DNA from: Octopus vulgaris
Taxonomy: Eukaryota
DNA: 64,000 bases
Assembly (NCBI GenBank): GCA_951406725.2
Contig: OX597814.1
Span: forward strand, 189,906,001 to 189,970,000
Direction of reading: 5' to 3'
Shown: piece by piece, positions 1 to 12,247 of the stretch
How the letters are laid out: the number at the start of each line of letters is the position of its first letter
Numbering within the stretch: position 1 is the stretch's first letter
Translations under genes and position numbers: made by a program
Notes under the pieces: generated by a model
What the model was told of the DNA's origin: nothing
The model's database searches: none
The model's input: the letters and a program-made list of their open reading frames with translations, nothing else

Positions 1-850
1 ACAATAAGTACCCGATTTTAAAAATAAGTTGTGGGGCTGATCTGATCGATTAATATATCAAAGTGATACCCTAGCATGACCGCATTTCAATGACTGAAAC
101 GAATAAAGAATAAACTTGTGGAGTATAAAATAAGTTGTAACCCTCCTGCAAGAGGATCGCAACATGATCCACAAGGATCTGTCGAAAGGAAAATAAAATG
201 ACACTAGGCTGAGAATCGAACCATATAGTCTGGATATTGCGTCTAGTGTACGATGCCAGCCACACATAAATTAATCAAAATGATTTTAAATATTACTGAA
301 ATTCGGAAATTACCTTTGTTGTTTTATAAATTATACAAAATCCTAAGAGAGATAAAATGGAGAAAAAATACATTATTTTAGAGCGAAATAAATGTTTAAC
401 GTTTGACCTTTTCTTCTAAGTATTTTTGTATAGAGAAAGCGAAGTGAGCGTTGTTTTACCCTTCCTGCCAATACAAGCGCTGTTTTCTTCCTTGTTGTTG
501 ACATATACGATCTCATCCCCTAACCAGATCAATATTCATTGATTCAATTACTGAAAACAACACTTTCTACTAAACATGTTCATTCTCTTTTATTTTCCCC
601 CCAAAATGTTTTTTTTGTCTGTTTTGCTATTTTTTTTGTTATGGTTCTTTCAGAACATCGATTTTCTATGGAACTTCTGCCTCTGACACTTTTTATTCAC
701 GATAATAATTCCAGGAAGTTTTATGCAAACTGATGAAATGAGTATTATTTTAACTCTATTTTCCAAACAAGGTTTTAACGTGATAGGAAAGCATTGTTTA
801 ATTTAATTTAACTAAACAATGCTTCATACACACACACAAACTTCCATGCA

Positions 851-887
<37 letters not shown>

Positions 888-892
<5 letters not shown>

Positions 893-1090
893 TCCAAACA
901 TGAACAAAGAGAAAACACAATAATGCGAGGACGTGGAACAAATATAGTGTTATTAGACGCTCAGGAAATGAAAGAAAGAAGGGGGAATTAACGTTTCGAG
1001 CGGAGCTCTTTGTCAGAAACATAGAAAAAAGGAAAGGTCCAAGGAAGGGAAATCGGAGAAAGAAAATCGACAACGATACACACGCGGTCA
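888..1090 (-). mobile_element. Short PLE pseudo-LTR-like unit (family P1) with degenerate HHR at 986-1020
   Basis: Reverse complement of the unit at 5690-5900. Minus strand reads GTTT-CTGACAA-A-GAGC-TCC-GCTC-GAAAC-GTT (G8A, probably dead). 3' end abuts (TA)n at about 855-888. Confidence 0.7.
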
Positions 1091-1862
1091 CGCACACACA
1101 CACATATATATATTATGCGCATATCTCTCTTAATTTGTGTGTGTGTGTGTTTGATGAGCGGATCAAAGAGTATTCACTATTAGAAAGTAGAGTATGAACT
1201 ATTGTTTAATATGTAAGTGATTGTCAGATTCCCATTTCGATACAGTGGATCTCTTGTGAACAGGGCGAATTGTTGTTTAGCCCCAGGTCAGTCGTAACTG
1301 AGCAGACATATAATGAAAGGCATACTACATCTGATCATATAGTTCTTTATTATTAATATCTTGGATTGTATTATCTGATATGTTATTCCATTGTTTAAGA
1401 TAGTAGAGAGTGATTTATGGGAGACATGGCTGCAATTACTAGACGGAACACGTACAATCTTACTCCTTTAGTTGTCTCATCAAGTTATGGGTATGATTCT
1501 CTGACAGTATTCAAACATAGAAGATAGACACGTGGACTCGTTGTTAATTATCAATGGATAAGAAAAAGTGAAAGGCATATGCCGTGTGGGGTATAAAAAG
1601 TCTAACGCTTCGCTCTTATGCTCTTCTGTAAGAGAGCAGTATCTAAAATTTTTCTGCTTTAGGTTCAGAATGGTCCATGAGAAAAGGAATTATGTAGAGA
1701 GATGATGTCGGGTAATTCATACTAAAGATATAAAGTTGAAAAGCAAATTAGGATGGATGTGATTAGTTAGCCAGCTATACGATACAGGAGGAAATAATGT
1801 GTTTTAGTAGTGTTTATAACAGAACTCAGGTTAGATGATATGAGAGATGTGAGAATGCAAAG

Positions 1863-2080
1863 GGTGGCGAGCTGGCAGAATCGTTAACACGCCGGGCGAA
1901 ATGCTTAGCAGTATTTCGTCTGCCGCTACGTTCTGAGTTCAAACCCCACCGAGGTGGACTTTGCCTTTCATCCTTTCGGGGTCGATTAAATAAGTACCAG
2001 TTACGCACTGGGGTCGATATAATCGACTTAATCCGTTTGTCTGTCCTGTGTTTAGCCCCTTATGGGTAGTAAACAAATAG
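1863..2080 (+). mobile_element. tRNA-derived SINE family A (Deu/Nin-domain-like)
   Basis: Head GGCGAGCTGGCAGAATCGTT, B-box-like GAGTTCAAA, central GCCTTTCATCCTTTCGGGGTCGAT..AAGTACCAG. More than 10 copies in the window. Additional degenerate copies at about 2258-2425, 26230-26690, 50300-50490(-), 57962-58185 and 61575-61745. Confidence 0.85.
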
Positions 2081-2956
2081 ATGTGAGAATGCAAGGAGCG
2101 ATATGGACTGACAGACACCGACAAAATAATATAGACCTTTATACAAAGTGAGAGGAAGAAATGGTAAGGGCAGCTTGCAGAATAATGGGATTACTTAGGA
2201 ATGGTCAAAATGTAAACAATATATAAATTTTAAAATCTCTCAGGAGATATAGAATAAAGCGGTGAATTGACAGAGTCGTTTATCGTCGCGTAAAATACTT
2301 TTATATGCGTAGCGCTGGTTCTTTTTGTTTCCAAGTTCAAAATTCCACCGACATCACGTCGATTTTGCTTTGTAACCTTTCGAGTCCAATATATAAATAA
2401 CACATCTAGAACAGTGAACTGGTGCAATTACTATAACATCAGAGAGGATGCCTCGCGGTATCTTCACCCCCTTGCGACCTGATGACAAAAGTTAAGACGA
2501 TATAGGTGGTAAACTGTATCGGTTTTTTTCTTTTCGATGGACAACTTTCGGGGACGTAAAAGGAGAGAATTGTATGATTGGATAGCTGGTAAATTTCCAT
2601 TAAAAAAGAACAGAAATGCAGACAAATTGTCTACACTTTGGACAGCCATGCTGGGTTACCAGCATCAATGTAGAAACATGATGATGCACCGCCTTCAGTT
2701 GTTTTGTCGATATCTTCCGCACTGTGTATTTCTAATTCTGCTAATTTCATCAACATCTTTTGTTGGACTGCTAAGTTACAAGATATAAACAAACGTAAAC
2801 ACAGGCACACGCACACACAACACACTCACGTGCAGACATGTACACATAGATATATATACATAGATTTACATATATATACATACATATATATATAAATAAT
2901 ATAGATATATATACATATATTTCCATTATAGATATAGTTAATATATACACTATATA

Positions 2957-3013
<57 letters not shown>

Positions 3014-3016
3014 TAC

Positions 3017-3093
<77 letters not shown>

Positions 3094-3234
3094 CCAGAGA
3101 GTACAAATAGAAATTTCCATACCTCTGATGTGTTTAAAAGTACACTGTATTTATATATGTATGTATATATATAAATGCACTCAAGCACACACACACAAGA
3201 ACATACACACACACACACACTCACACACACACAT

Positions 3235-3282
<48 letters not shown>

Positions 3283-3284
3283 GG

Positions 3285-3858
3285 ATGGCTTATTAGCAAT
3301 TAGAACCTAAAAGCAAATCTAATAGAGGTCACAAAAGTGAAGGACGGTGCTGAGTAGTACCGCTTATGATGAAATAAGAGCTAAATTAACTCCAAAACCC
3401 ACTAAAGCACTATACTTAGTAACTGACAAAGGGAGGTAAGTCCCTAACGTATATAGTCGTATCACGATTTCGAATTTTGGTGCAGACCACCATAATTCTC
3501 ATCAGCGGTTCTTAACGCCTAAGGTTAAAGTCAACTTTCTTTGACGATCTTATAAGAAATACCGTTGCTGATTTTCAAAACGGTAAAAGTATAAACAAAT
3601 TAAAAGGGTAGCTTATTAGCAATTTGAACCTAAAGGCAAAATAAATGGAGGTCACAAAGTGATGGAGGGTGCTGACTAGCACCGATTATGCTAAAATGTG
3701 GGTGCAATTAACTCCAAAGTCACTAAAGCACTATACTGTCAAACGATTTTTCTGATAAGATTGACAAAGGTGGTTGAGAAATTGGAAATCGCAATACGGC
3801 TATATACACTAGGGACTTGTCTCCCTTTGTTAGTCATTAAGTATAGTGCTTTAGTGGG
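3285..3858 (-). mobile_element. PLE pseudo-LTR-like unit with internal direct and inverted duplications
   Basis: 3288-3415 is repeated at 3611-3736. 3397-3472 is inverted at about 3783-3858. Contains an HHR. Left end abuts (TA)n. Confidence 0.65.
3455..3510 (-). ncRNA. Type I hammerhead ribozyme motif
   Basis: Minus strand: AACCG-CTGATGA-GAATT(atggtggtctgcacca)AAATTC-GAAA-TCGTGAT-A-CGACT. Canonical core, stem II with inner TGGTG/CACCA, near-palindromic stem III, AUA cleavage triplet. Stem I is partly decayed. Confidence 0.75.
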
Positions 3859-4197
3859 TAGCGGACTCGCGGTTTCGATTCCCAGACCGGGCGTTGTGAG
3901 TGTTTATTGAGCGAAAACATCTAAAGCTCCACGAGGCTCCGGCAGGGATGGTGGTGATCCCTGCTGTACTCTTTCACCACAGCTTTCTCTCACTCTTACT
4001 TCCTGTTTCTGTTGTACCTGTATTTCAAAGGACCGGCCTTGTCACTCTCTGTGTCACGCTGAATCTCCCCGAGAACTACGTTAAGGGTGCGCGTGTCTGT
4101 GGAGTGCTCAGCCACTTACACGTTAATTTCACGAGCAGGCTGTTCCGTTGATCGGATCAACCGGAACCCTCGTCGTCGGAACCGACGGAGTGCTTCC
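3856..4197 (+). mobile_element. tRNA-derived SINE family C (5'-damaged copy)
   Basis: GCGGACTCGCGGTTTCGATTCCCAGACCGGGC B-box head. Body near-identical to the reverse complement of 29221-29607. Confidence 0.85.
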
Positions 4198-4236
4198 ATT
4201 TTAACATAAGCTGCAGTAGTCAATACCCTCTGAAGC

Positions 4237-4272
<36 letters not shown>

Positions 4273-4345
4273 ATGCAATGAGACTGAACCAGAGATCATG
4301 TAGAAGCATCTTAACTACACAGCCATTACTGCATATATATATATA

Positions 4346-4683
4346 GTGTTACATACAAAATTAAGAGGAAAGACCAATAAATTTGACATCTAATATGCTA
4401 AACATAGATGTCAAATCGCCAATACCACGAAGAATGTGTTCTCAGGAAAAATCTCAGCAAAAACGCCAAAATGTAAAACTGAGCAAGACAAATGAAAATA
4501 TATGACATAAAAAATGATTACCTATGTACCAATGGTTTCACTTGTTACATTTTTACATCTTGGCGTTTTTGCGTAGATTTTTCTTGAGAACACATTCTTC
4601 GTGGTAATGGCGATTTGACGTCTATGTTTAGCATATTAGGTGTCCACTTTAGTGGTCATTCCTCTTAATTTTGTACGTAACAC
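4346..4683. repeat. Long imperfect inverted repeat (arms about 4346-4478 and 4550-4683)
   Basis: GTGTTACATACAAAATTAAGAGGAA... versus ...TTCCTCTTAATTTTGTACGTAACAC. Left end follows a short (TA)n. Confidence 0.85.
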
Positions 4684-4903
4684 AATTTTTAATCTTCGGA
4701 TTTTTTAAATATGCTAAGCCACTGGTTTTAATTGATTAATATCAATTTCTACCCTAATTATTTAATTTGATGTATATATATATTTGATTTGATTTTTGAT
4801 TTTGATTTTTCCAGTTTCAGCTCATGAGCTGTGGCCATGCTGGGGCACCGCCATTTGGTTTGCTACATGATTTTGATTTTTTTTTATTTGCTACATGATT
4901 TTT

Positions 4904-4953
<50 letters not shown>

Positions 4954-5255
4954 TATCAGATTTTCAGGACCCGAAAGAATCAGTAATTTATATAGTAAAA
5001 ACACCAAGGCAGAGTCGGGGATGGTGCACCTGGGTACCGACAATGTGTACTGACATATGCGTACTTGCTAACATAAATACAGATTTGTCCTTCCAGTTAT
5101 GCATACATCCACCAGTACTGGCTGAATACACAACGTGTCATCAAAGTCACACAGGGGGAACTCACTGCACATATTTCACAGTCGAATATAGACACCAGAT
5201 ACAAACATGCTGGAGTTTCCGAGATAAGTAAAGAATAAATAATAACACAGATAGG

Positions 5256-5292
<37 letters not shown>

Positions 5293-5358
5293 GGTTTGGA
5301 GATGATGTACAGGTATTATATATATATTATATATATATATTATATATATATATTATAT

Positions 5359-5515
5359 AAATGGAGTTTAACACAGGTGTTATTCAAATTTTTTATTCCG
5401 ACACATGTTTCGAAGATATCACTGATATTATTCCAAAGGAATAAAATGGTGTAAAACAATGTAATCTTGTCGGAAGTAAAAGAATTTGAATAACACCTGC
5501 GTTAAATTCCATTTA
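5359..5515. repeat. Short inverted repeat between TA tracts, with HHR 3' half
   Basis: AAATGGAGTTTAACACAGGTGTTATTCAAATT..TTCCGACA versus TGTCGGAA..AATTTGAATAACACCTGCGTTAAATTCCATTT. Minus strand has C-GAAAC-ATGT-GTC but no intact CTGANGA. Confidence 0.6.
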
Positions 5516-5689
5516 TTTATTTATATATATTATGCAAAAAACTTTCACGTAAACCCCAAGTTTCTACCATTAAAAACAAGGAGTTACAACCTTTTTACTT
5601 GTGTGATTTTTTGCTACCCCTGGTAACTATTTATCTATTTTTCCGTGTTAATTGTTAACAAGGGAAAAATATACACATCTATTTATATA

Positions 5690-5899
5690 TTGTGACCGCG
5701 TGTGTACCGTTGGCGATTTTTTCCCTCCGTCTTCCCTTCTCTGGATCTTTCTTTTTCCTATGTTTCTGACGAAGAGCTCCGCTCGAAACGTAAGACACTC
5801 CTTCTTCCGTTCCTTCCTGAGCGTCCAATAATACTATATTTGTTCCACGTCCTCGCGTTATTGTGTTTTCTCTTGGTGTTTTCATGTTTGGATTAACTT

Positions 5900-5900
<1 letters not shown>
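5690..5900 (+). mobile_element. PLE pseudo-LTR-like unit family P1
   Basis: Dispersed copies at 888-1090(-) and 25497-25630(-). Relatives at 20005-20198, 33617-33735 and 55255-55660. Ends TTTGGATTAAC followed by (TA)n. Confidence 0.75.
5761..5797 (+). ncRNA. Minimal type I hammerhead ribozyme
   Basis: TGTTT-CTGACGA-A-GAGC-TCC-GCTC-GAAAC-GTA-AGACA. Stem I TGTTT/AGACA (one G-U), loopless palindromic ACGT stem III as in dimer-cleaving PLE minimal HHRs, GUA triplet. Confidence 0.85.
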
Positions 5901-5940
<40 letters not shown>

Positions 5941-6960
5941 ATGTGTGAGTGTATTCGAACTCACTCTAGGTGATCCGGCAACACTACACACTCTTCGCTA
6001 ACTAGTAAAATTCAACTTCTTGCCATAGCTACAGCAAGTTAAATGCAGTGACTGCTATAGTATGAGATTTATTCTAACCCAAATTTTAAGTCTGCAGCAG
6101 TATATTTCGTTCGTGTACAGTAATGTAATGAATTAAGTTTAGGATTAAGGTTACAAAATATTAAAAAAATAAAATAAAATCGTATATTCTGGATTTGTTC
6201 AACATTTGATTAAATTTGCAACAAAAGAAGCACACACGAGATAAAATGCAGAGATAGATAGAAATAAGACGAAATACGGAGAGAGCAGAGAGGAGAGATA
6301 GAACGAAAGACACAGAGAGAGAGAGAGAGAGATAGGAGAGAGAAACAGATAAAGTGGTTAATGTATGGAAACAACATGCACTAGACAAATACAGTAATTT
6401 TTTTCATGTAATTTCATTAAAACATTAAAGCAAAACAATTAGATAATTAATGTAAATATAATATTAATTGCATAAAAGAAATAAAACGAAATAGAATAAT
6501 TTTAGAGATTATTTTCTCATAATGCACAAATTAAATGTCATTTATTAGGTATTAAGAAGAAATTATTTCATAAGCTAATAACTAAATTCAGTTTTAAACA
6601 GCAAATTATAAATTTTTCATTGATTAGGCTTATTTCTAACAGCTATATTATTCGCCGTCTTTTGCTTTCTGCTATATGTGAACGACAATATTTTATACTT
6701 TTCTAGTTGATACGAATCTGAAATTGAATTTGTAAATCAGTAATTTGCATAGAAGAATACCTAGTAAGGGCGGTTGAGTAACAGGTTAGAAGTTAACGAA
6801 ATAGCGACGTATACACTCAAATATATAAGCAATTATACATACACACTCATGTATGTGTGTGTTTCTATACACATACACACGTATTTAACATTTGAATGTA
6901 TCTCTTTAATTATAATTACCACTACTATTCCTCCTCCTTCTACTGTTATTATTATTAATA

Positions 6961-6990
<30 letters not shown>

Positions 6991-6995
<5 letters not shown>

Positions 6996-8048
6996 TCCGC
7001 CTTCACTAAGGCGGAGGTATTGTTTTCAGTCGTGTTTGTTTGCTTCTTTGTTTGTTTGTTTGTCCGGGGACAAAATATCTCAAAAATTGCTGGATGGATT
7101 CAGATGAAACTTTCAGGGATGTTTGGCCTGGTGACTGGCACGAACTGACTAGATTTTGGGATCGATCCAGTATCGACCAAGGATTCTGGATTATCTGTAA
7201 TATTTACTTTACTTTATATGAAGTATTACGATCTTACGTTGACTTTCAAGTTTTTCTCTGATTATCTCCCTTGAAAGCACGTTCATGATTTCCACGTAAG
7301 TTATGGCGGCGTTGCTGTTTCCAAAGTTTTGTTTTTGTTTCTGTATTATTAATTTTATTCGAATCTCTATCTTAGTAGAAACCGATGGATACAGAAATCA
7401 AACTATATAAACAAACGGCAACAAAACCGTTCAGAAATTAAATAACACTAACACATTCAGTAACAATAATAAATTTAATTTATCCTCGACCATTTTTAGT
7501 TTTACCCAATTTTGAATATATCACTCCTGTTCAAAACCTCTTACAATTGCATTTCTAGCTCTGCCTTGAAGGAAGCTTTACTTCATGGACTCATGTTTTT
7601 ATGCGCACCGATGTTGTTAAACCTCCGTTAACAGCACCGTATGCAGGTTCTTTCCGTTTTCTTTCGCGCACGGATAAATTTTTCACTATAGACCTAAATG
7701 ATCGTAAAGACATTATATCAGTGAATAGACTAAAAAAAGGTAAGAACTGTCCCTACTCCGACTGCAGACAACACTCACACAACATTACAAACATGGCCCA
7801 CATACCTACTTTCACATTCCATGACTACCATTGGGATCGATGAGGTACCGGACAAAGATTCTGGATTATTTTTCCAGCTTTTTTACTTAGTTTGTGAGAG
7901 CGGTCGGGTTCATTTTTAGTATTCTCGTTTGTGAAAGCAGTCGAGTTTATTTCAGATATTCTCATTTTAAAAATCACCTCCGGTTAATCGTTGAGAGGAC
8001 GTTGGTGTTGCCTTGGTGGAAGCTTGTGCTTCGTGAGTCCCCTTGTTA
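6991..8048 (+). mobile_element. Helentron/HINE-like non-autonomous element, interrupted
   Basis: Starts TTACCTCCGCCTTcactAAGGCGGAGGTA (hairpin) followed by GTTT repeats. Ends CCTTGGTGGAAG..GAGT..GTT inside (ATT)n. An internal duplication (7157-7195 and 7831-7869) brackets foreign DNA. Confidence 0.55.
7589..7740 (+). pseudogene. Ty3/gypsy integrase C-terminal (GPY/F) fragment
   Basis: Translates THVFMRTDVVKPPLTAPYAGSFRFLSRTDKFFTIDLNDRKDIISVNRLK, matching the gypsy pattern HVFVR.D....PL..PY.GP..V..R..K.F.......D.VS.DRLK. Confidence 0.75.
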
Positions 8049-8061
8049 TTATCATTATTAA

Positions 8062-8273
8062 AGCGACAAGCTGGCAGAATCGTTAACACGCCAGACGAAA
8101 TACTTAGCGTTATTTCGTCTGTCGCTATATTCTGAGTTCAAATTCCGTCAGGGTTGACTTTGTCTTTCAGCCTTTCGGGGTCGACAAAATAAGTACCAGA
8201 TACGCACTGGGGTCGATGTAATCGACTAAATCCCTTCCTCTAAATTTGAGGCCTTGTGCTTCCAGTAGAAAGG

Positions 8274-8275
<2 letters not shown>
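8062..8275 (+). mobile_element. SINE family A, alternative tail ending in (ATT)n
   Basis: Same head and core as 1863-2080. Tail CCCTTCCTCTAAATTTGAGGCCTTGTGC...AGAAAGG(ATT)n. Confidence 0.8.
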
Positions 8276-8315
<40 letters not shown>

Positions 8316-9828
8316 TTATTAGATTAACTAACTGGTCCTTTCCCGAGGACTTTCGGGCCGGGACCTATGGATATCTTCCAGAAATCCTGGGCTGGCAGTG
8401 CTACCGGGGAGCTATATCGGTTCGTGACAAATTCTTCAAACACGAACGTGTTGTTAGGCCGACGAAACCGTCCTGCAAGCACTCGTTCAGTGCCCGTGCA
8501 TTACTGACTTGTGGAATTTTGTCGAACCGCTGTTGGCGCGTGTAGGACGGATCAGCCGAGTCCGTCATTTTTTAGTCCAGCAAATCGACCCCAGGACTTA
8601 TTCTTTGTAAGCCTAGTACTTGTTTTATCGGTATAAGCATAGAGTAAATGAGAAAGAGCAATAGATAAAATAATATGCTGTGTTAGGCAGAGGATTATGG
8701 ACGTGCTATGATTGCAGAGGTCAGGGAAATGCTTGAGGGACGGGGTATCTAGCTTTGAGTTATGATGGTAATCAAAGGATTAATGTTCATCAGCAAAATG
8801 AGTCAGGAGGGGCCCGCATGGTTAGTGCCATAGACGTAGAAGGGGTAGCCAGAGTTGTAGGATTTATAATGCTTGGGGAAAAGTTATATAACGGAACTGC
8901 GGTGTACATGGATGATGAAGCTGAGAACCATAGATGGAAGAAGGGACGACGAGATGAATTTAAGGATGGTGAGGAAACGAGTTGTTCATAGCAACGATAG
9001 AAAACAGTGTTCCAGTACTGTTGAAGTGTTTCCGGGTCTTCTAGAAATTTGCCCTCACACCACCACGACGCTTCTCTTGTCTACTGGGCTGATGATGATA
9101 TCATCACTTCGTCGAAGGGGTAATAGAGAAATCAGCCCAGGAAATGCCAAGACATTCTTTATTCTTCTCTTTATTCTTCGCTTTCTCCCTTTCTCCCTCA
9201 CGCTACTCATCAAAAACCTATGTATTTATGTCATTATGCCCTGATATATTTCGTTCTCCGTTTGCCATAAGTAATATTTTTTTCCTCTTAATCTTTCTCT
9301 CTCTATCCTCCTTCCACTACTTTACAACCCAACATCCTCAGCCTTATTTCTATTTCATTTTCTCATACACTCTCATTGTATCAAACTTATTCTCTTTCCT
9401 TTTCAAATATGCTCATCTCTCCCACACACATACACACATACTCACACGCGCACACACAAACACACACACACAAACACACACACGCACGCACACTCACTAG
9501 AATCAAATCCACTTTCGTTTCTAGTATTGGCTCTTCCTTAAAAATTCTGCTCCTGATAACCTTTGCCAAATCTTTTACCAAATTAACTCACTTCAACACC
9601 CACCAAAACGTCTCACCAACTACTTGACCATATCTGACCCAATGACATACTTTCCACGATGACGAAGCCAACCCAAACATTACTTCTAAGACCCTCAGCA
9701 ATGACCAAACCCTTCAAACGACGCGTTTATATTTCTGCTGAGGAGGTCTGCAATTTGTAGCCGTTATCAACATATCATCATCGTAACATTCATGCATGCT
9801 TTTCATCCTCATCAGTAAGAACAGTTGT

Positions 9829-9875
<47 letters not shown>

Positions 9876-9949
9876 ATACTACTACTGTCACCACTACAAC
9901 TACAACTACAGTGACCTCGATAAAGCTAAAGGTAGTTTCAAGGTATAAC

Positions 9950-10023
9950 AATCACAATTGTAAAAATGGTTATGTGCATATAATGTGCAGACACAAATGC
10001 ATCAGCACAAATATGAACAAACA

Positions 10024-10084
<61 letters not shown>

Positions 10085-10180
10085 TATGCATATATATATA
10101 TATCGATATATATACATATATATATATCGATATATAATATATATATGCATATATATATATGTATATATATACTTATATAA

Positions 10181-10211
<31 letters not shown>

Positions 10212-10987
10212 CCTAGGATGTGTATGTATATGTATGTATGCTTGGATAGATAGGTAGATAGATATAGGATGTCTACATACATGTATGTATATATATGTGT
10301 GTGTGTTTATATGTATGTATATATATATATGTGTGTGTGTGTGTATGTGTATATATGTATGTATGTATTCATGTATATGTATATATATATATGTATGTAT
10401 ATATATATATTTGTATATACACACACATACACACACAAATATGCGGGCAAACAGACAGACTCACTGATGCTAGATAAAAACATTTTTATCCGTGTTATGC
10501 ATGCAAAAATGTGTTGAATATATGTGTTGTGTGTGTGTTTGTGTGTGTTTGTGTGTGTGTGTTTGTGTGTGTGTTTATGTGTGCGTTCGTATGTATGTAT
10601 GTGTGTGTGTATGTATGTATGTATGTATGTATGTATGTATGTGTGTGTGTATGTGTGTGATATGTAGGGTAGTGGAGCAGCTAAGTTCATAGACGGCAAG
10701 ACTGTAATACTTATACTTCCTGTCAGAAATGAGAACCTTCGACACAGGAGAATAATGATGGTCAAGTGCCTAAGGCTATGACACATTAGGAAGAAGGAGA
10801 AGTATAAAATTAGAAGTAGATAAAGCATATTAGGTGTGCGTATGTGCGTGTCTATGTGTGTGCATATACATATATACATATATACACATTATATGTGTAT
10901 TATTTATATACATATACACATATATATATATATTTATATATATATATACACACATATATATATATATACACACATATATATATATAT

Positions 10988-11033
<46 letters not shown>

Positions 11034-11155
11034 TATATCATATATATGTATAATAATCTATACACACACAGAGTAACTACACGGGCATACATATACATAA
11101 ATATTGTATGTATACACACGCATATATATACAATCATGTATATATGTATACAGAC

Positions 11156-11199
<44 letters not shown>

Positions 11200-11228
11200 A
11201 TGCAGACATCAATATCATATATATAATA

Positions 11229-11275
<47 letters not shown>

Positions 11276-11315
11276 CAATATCATATATATATATATACAT
11301 ATGTATGTATGTATG

Positions 11316-11346
<31 letters not shown>

Positions 11347-11402
11347 ATATTATATGCATGTATGTATATACATATATGCATATATATATATATATATATA
11401 TA
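9950..11402. repeat. Large compound (TA)n/(CA)n/(TACA)n microsatellite field (others at about 2850-3280, 15590-15860, 21250-21630, 32415-32680, 48300-49170, 60040-60720)
   Basis: Directly visible. Gives the [12 protein letters not shown] pseudo-ORFs. Confidence 0.97.
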
Positions 11403-11570
11403 TAATAGTTATCGCCAAACTAATATGGCATTCTTATACAAATAAGAATAAAGCTGTCCGCTTATTAGCTCCATGAGGCCATCGCCTTAAGTTAGCTATT
11501 TGATACACAAACTGTATCCATATAACCTTCGAACAAGGGAGGTCAGTCGCTCCACACTACTTGATCGACA

Positions 11571-11611
11571 GCTACAGACACGTTTCGGGGTATTGCCCTT
11601 TTCAATGTAGC
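11571..11611 (-). ncRNA. Hammerhead ribozyme, U3-A8 core variant (left arm copy)
   Basis: Minus strand: GCTACA-TTGAAAA-GGG-CAATA-CCCC-GAAAC-GT-GTC-TGTAGC. Confidence 0.7.
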
Positions 11612-11928
11612 GTAGTCAGACCAGTAGGTGTCGCTTCTGACAATCCCTGTTCGAAGGTTTTATTTACCTAGTTTCAGTGGAATACATCCACTTGTTTTCA
11701 ATAATAGAAATATTAAAATTACTAAGTCTCTCTAAAAGAGAACACCGGAAATTAATAGGGCAGGTTCCCGGATATTAATATTATCGCTTATAAAATAAGA
11801 ATAAAAATAAGCTGTCCGCTTATTAGCTTCCATGAGGCCATCGCCTTAAGTTAGCTATTTGACACAAACTGTATCCATATAACCTTCGAACAGGGATTGT
11901 CAGAAGCGACACCTACTGGTCTGACTAC

Positions 11929-11970
11929 GCTACATTGAAAAGGGGCAATACCCCGAAACGCGTCTGTAGC
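11929..11970 (+). ncRNA. Hammerhead ribozyme, U3-A8 core variant
   Basis: GCTACA-TTGAAAA-GGGG-CAATA-CCCC-GAAAC-GC-GTC-TGTAGC. Perfect 6-bp stem I, 4-bp stem II, palindromic ACGCGT stem III, GUC triplet. Confidence 0.85.
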
Positions 11971-12195
11971 TGTCGATCAAGTAGTGTGGAGCGACTGACC
12001 TCCCTTGTTCGAAGGTTATATGGATACGGTTTGTGTATCAAATAGCTAACTTAAGGCGATGGCCTCATGGAGCTAATAAGCGGACAGCTTTATTCTTATT
12101 TTTATAAGAATGCCATATTAGTATGGCGATAACTATTAATTTCCATGAACGCTGCCGTGTTCTCTTTTAGAGAGACTTAGTAATTTTAATATTTC

Positions 12196-12247
<52 letters not shown>

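Larger units (their letters stand above)
11403..12200. mobile_element. Inverted PLE pseudo-LTR-like pair between (TA)n tracts
   Basis: 11403-11660 is the reverse complement of about 11880-12137. 11701-11745 is inverted at about 12157-12200. Partial direct copy at about 11790-11892. Related sequence at 33746-33970. Confidence 0.85.

Noticed and set aside
2479-2563. CTGATGA followed by a long AAAGTT/AACTTT stem and CGGGACGTA
   Set aside because: GAAA is replaced by GGGA and no stem I pairing is present. At best a dead relic.
4520-4640. GAAAC-CATTG-GTA on the minus strand within the 4346-4683 inverted repeat
   Set aside because: No CTGANGA-type core or valid variant at a compatible position.
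8640-9720. Purine/pyrimidine-skewed region with a faint LFPKHYK..GYP word resembling PLE RT LPKIHK..GRP
   Set aside because: A single weak motif with many stops and frameshifts. It cannot be called without a profile search.
9938-11476. Numerous long ORFs rich in YI/CV/HT dipeptides (also about 2770-3300, 21200-21720, 32380-33090, 48260-49250, 59900-60700)
   Set aside because: Translations of dinucleotide and trinucleotide microsatellites that lack stop codons by composition.
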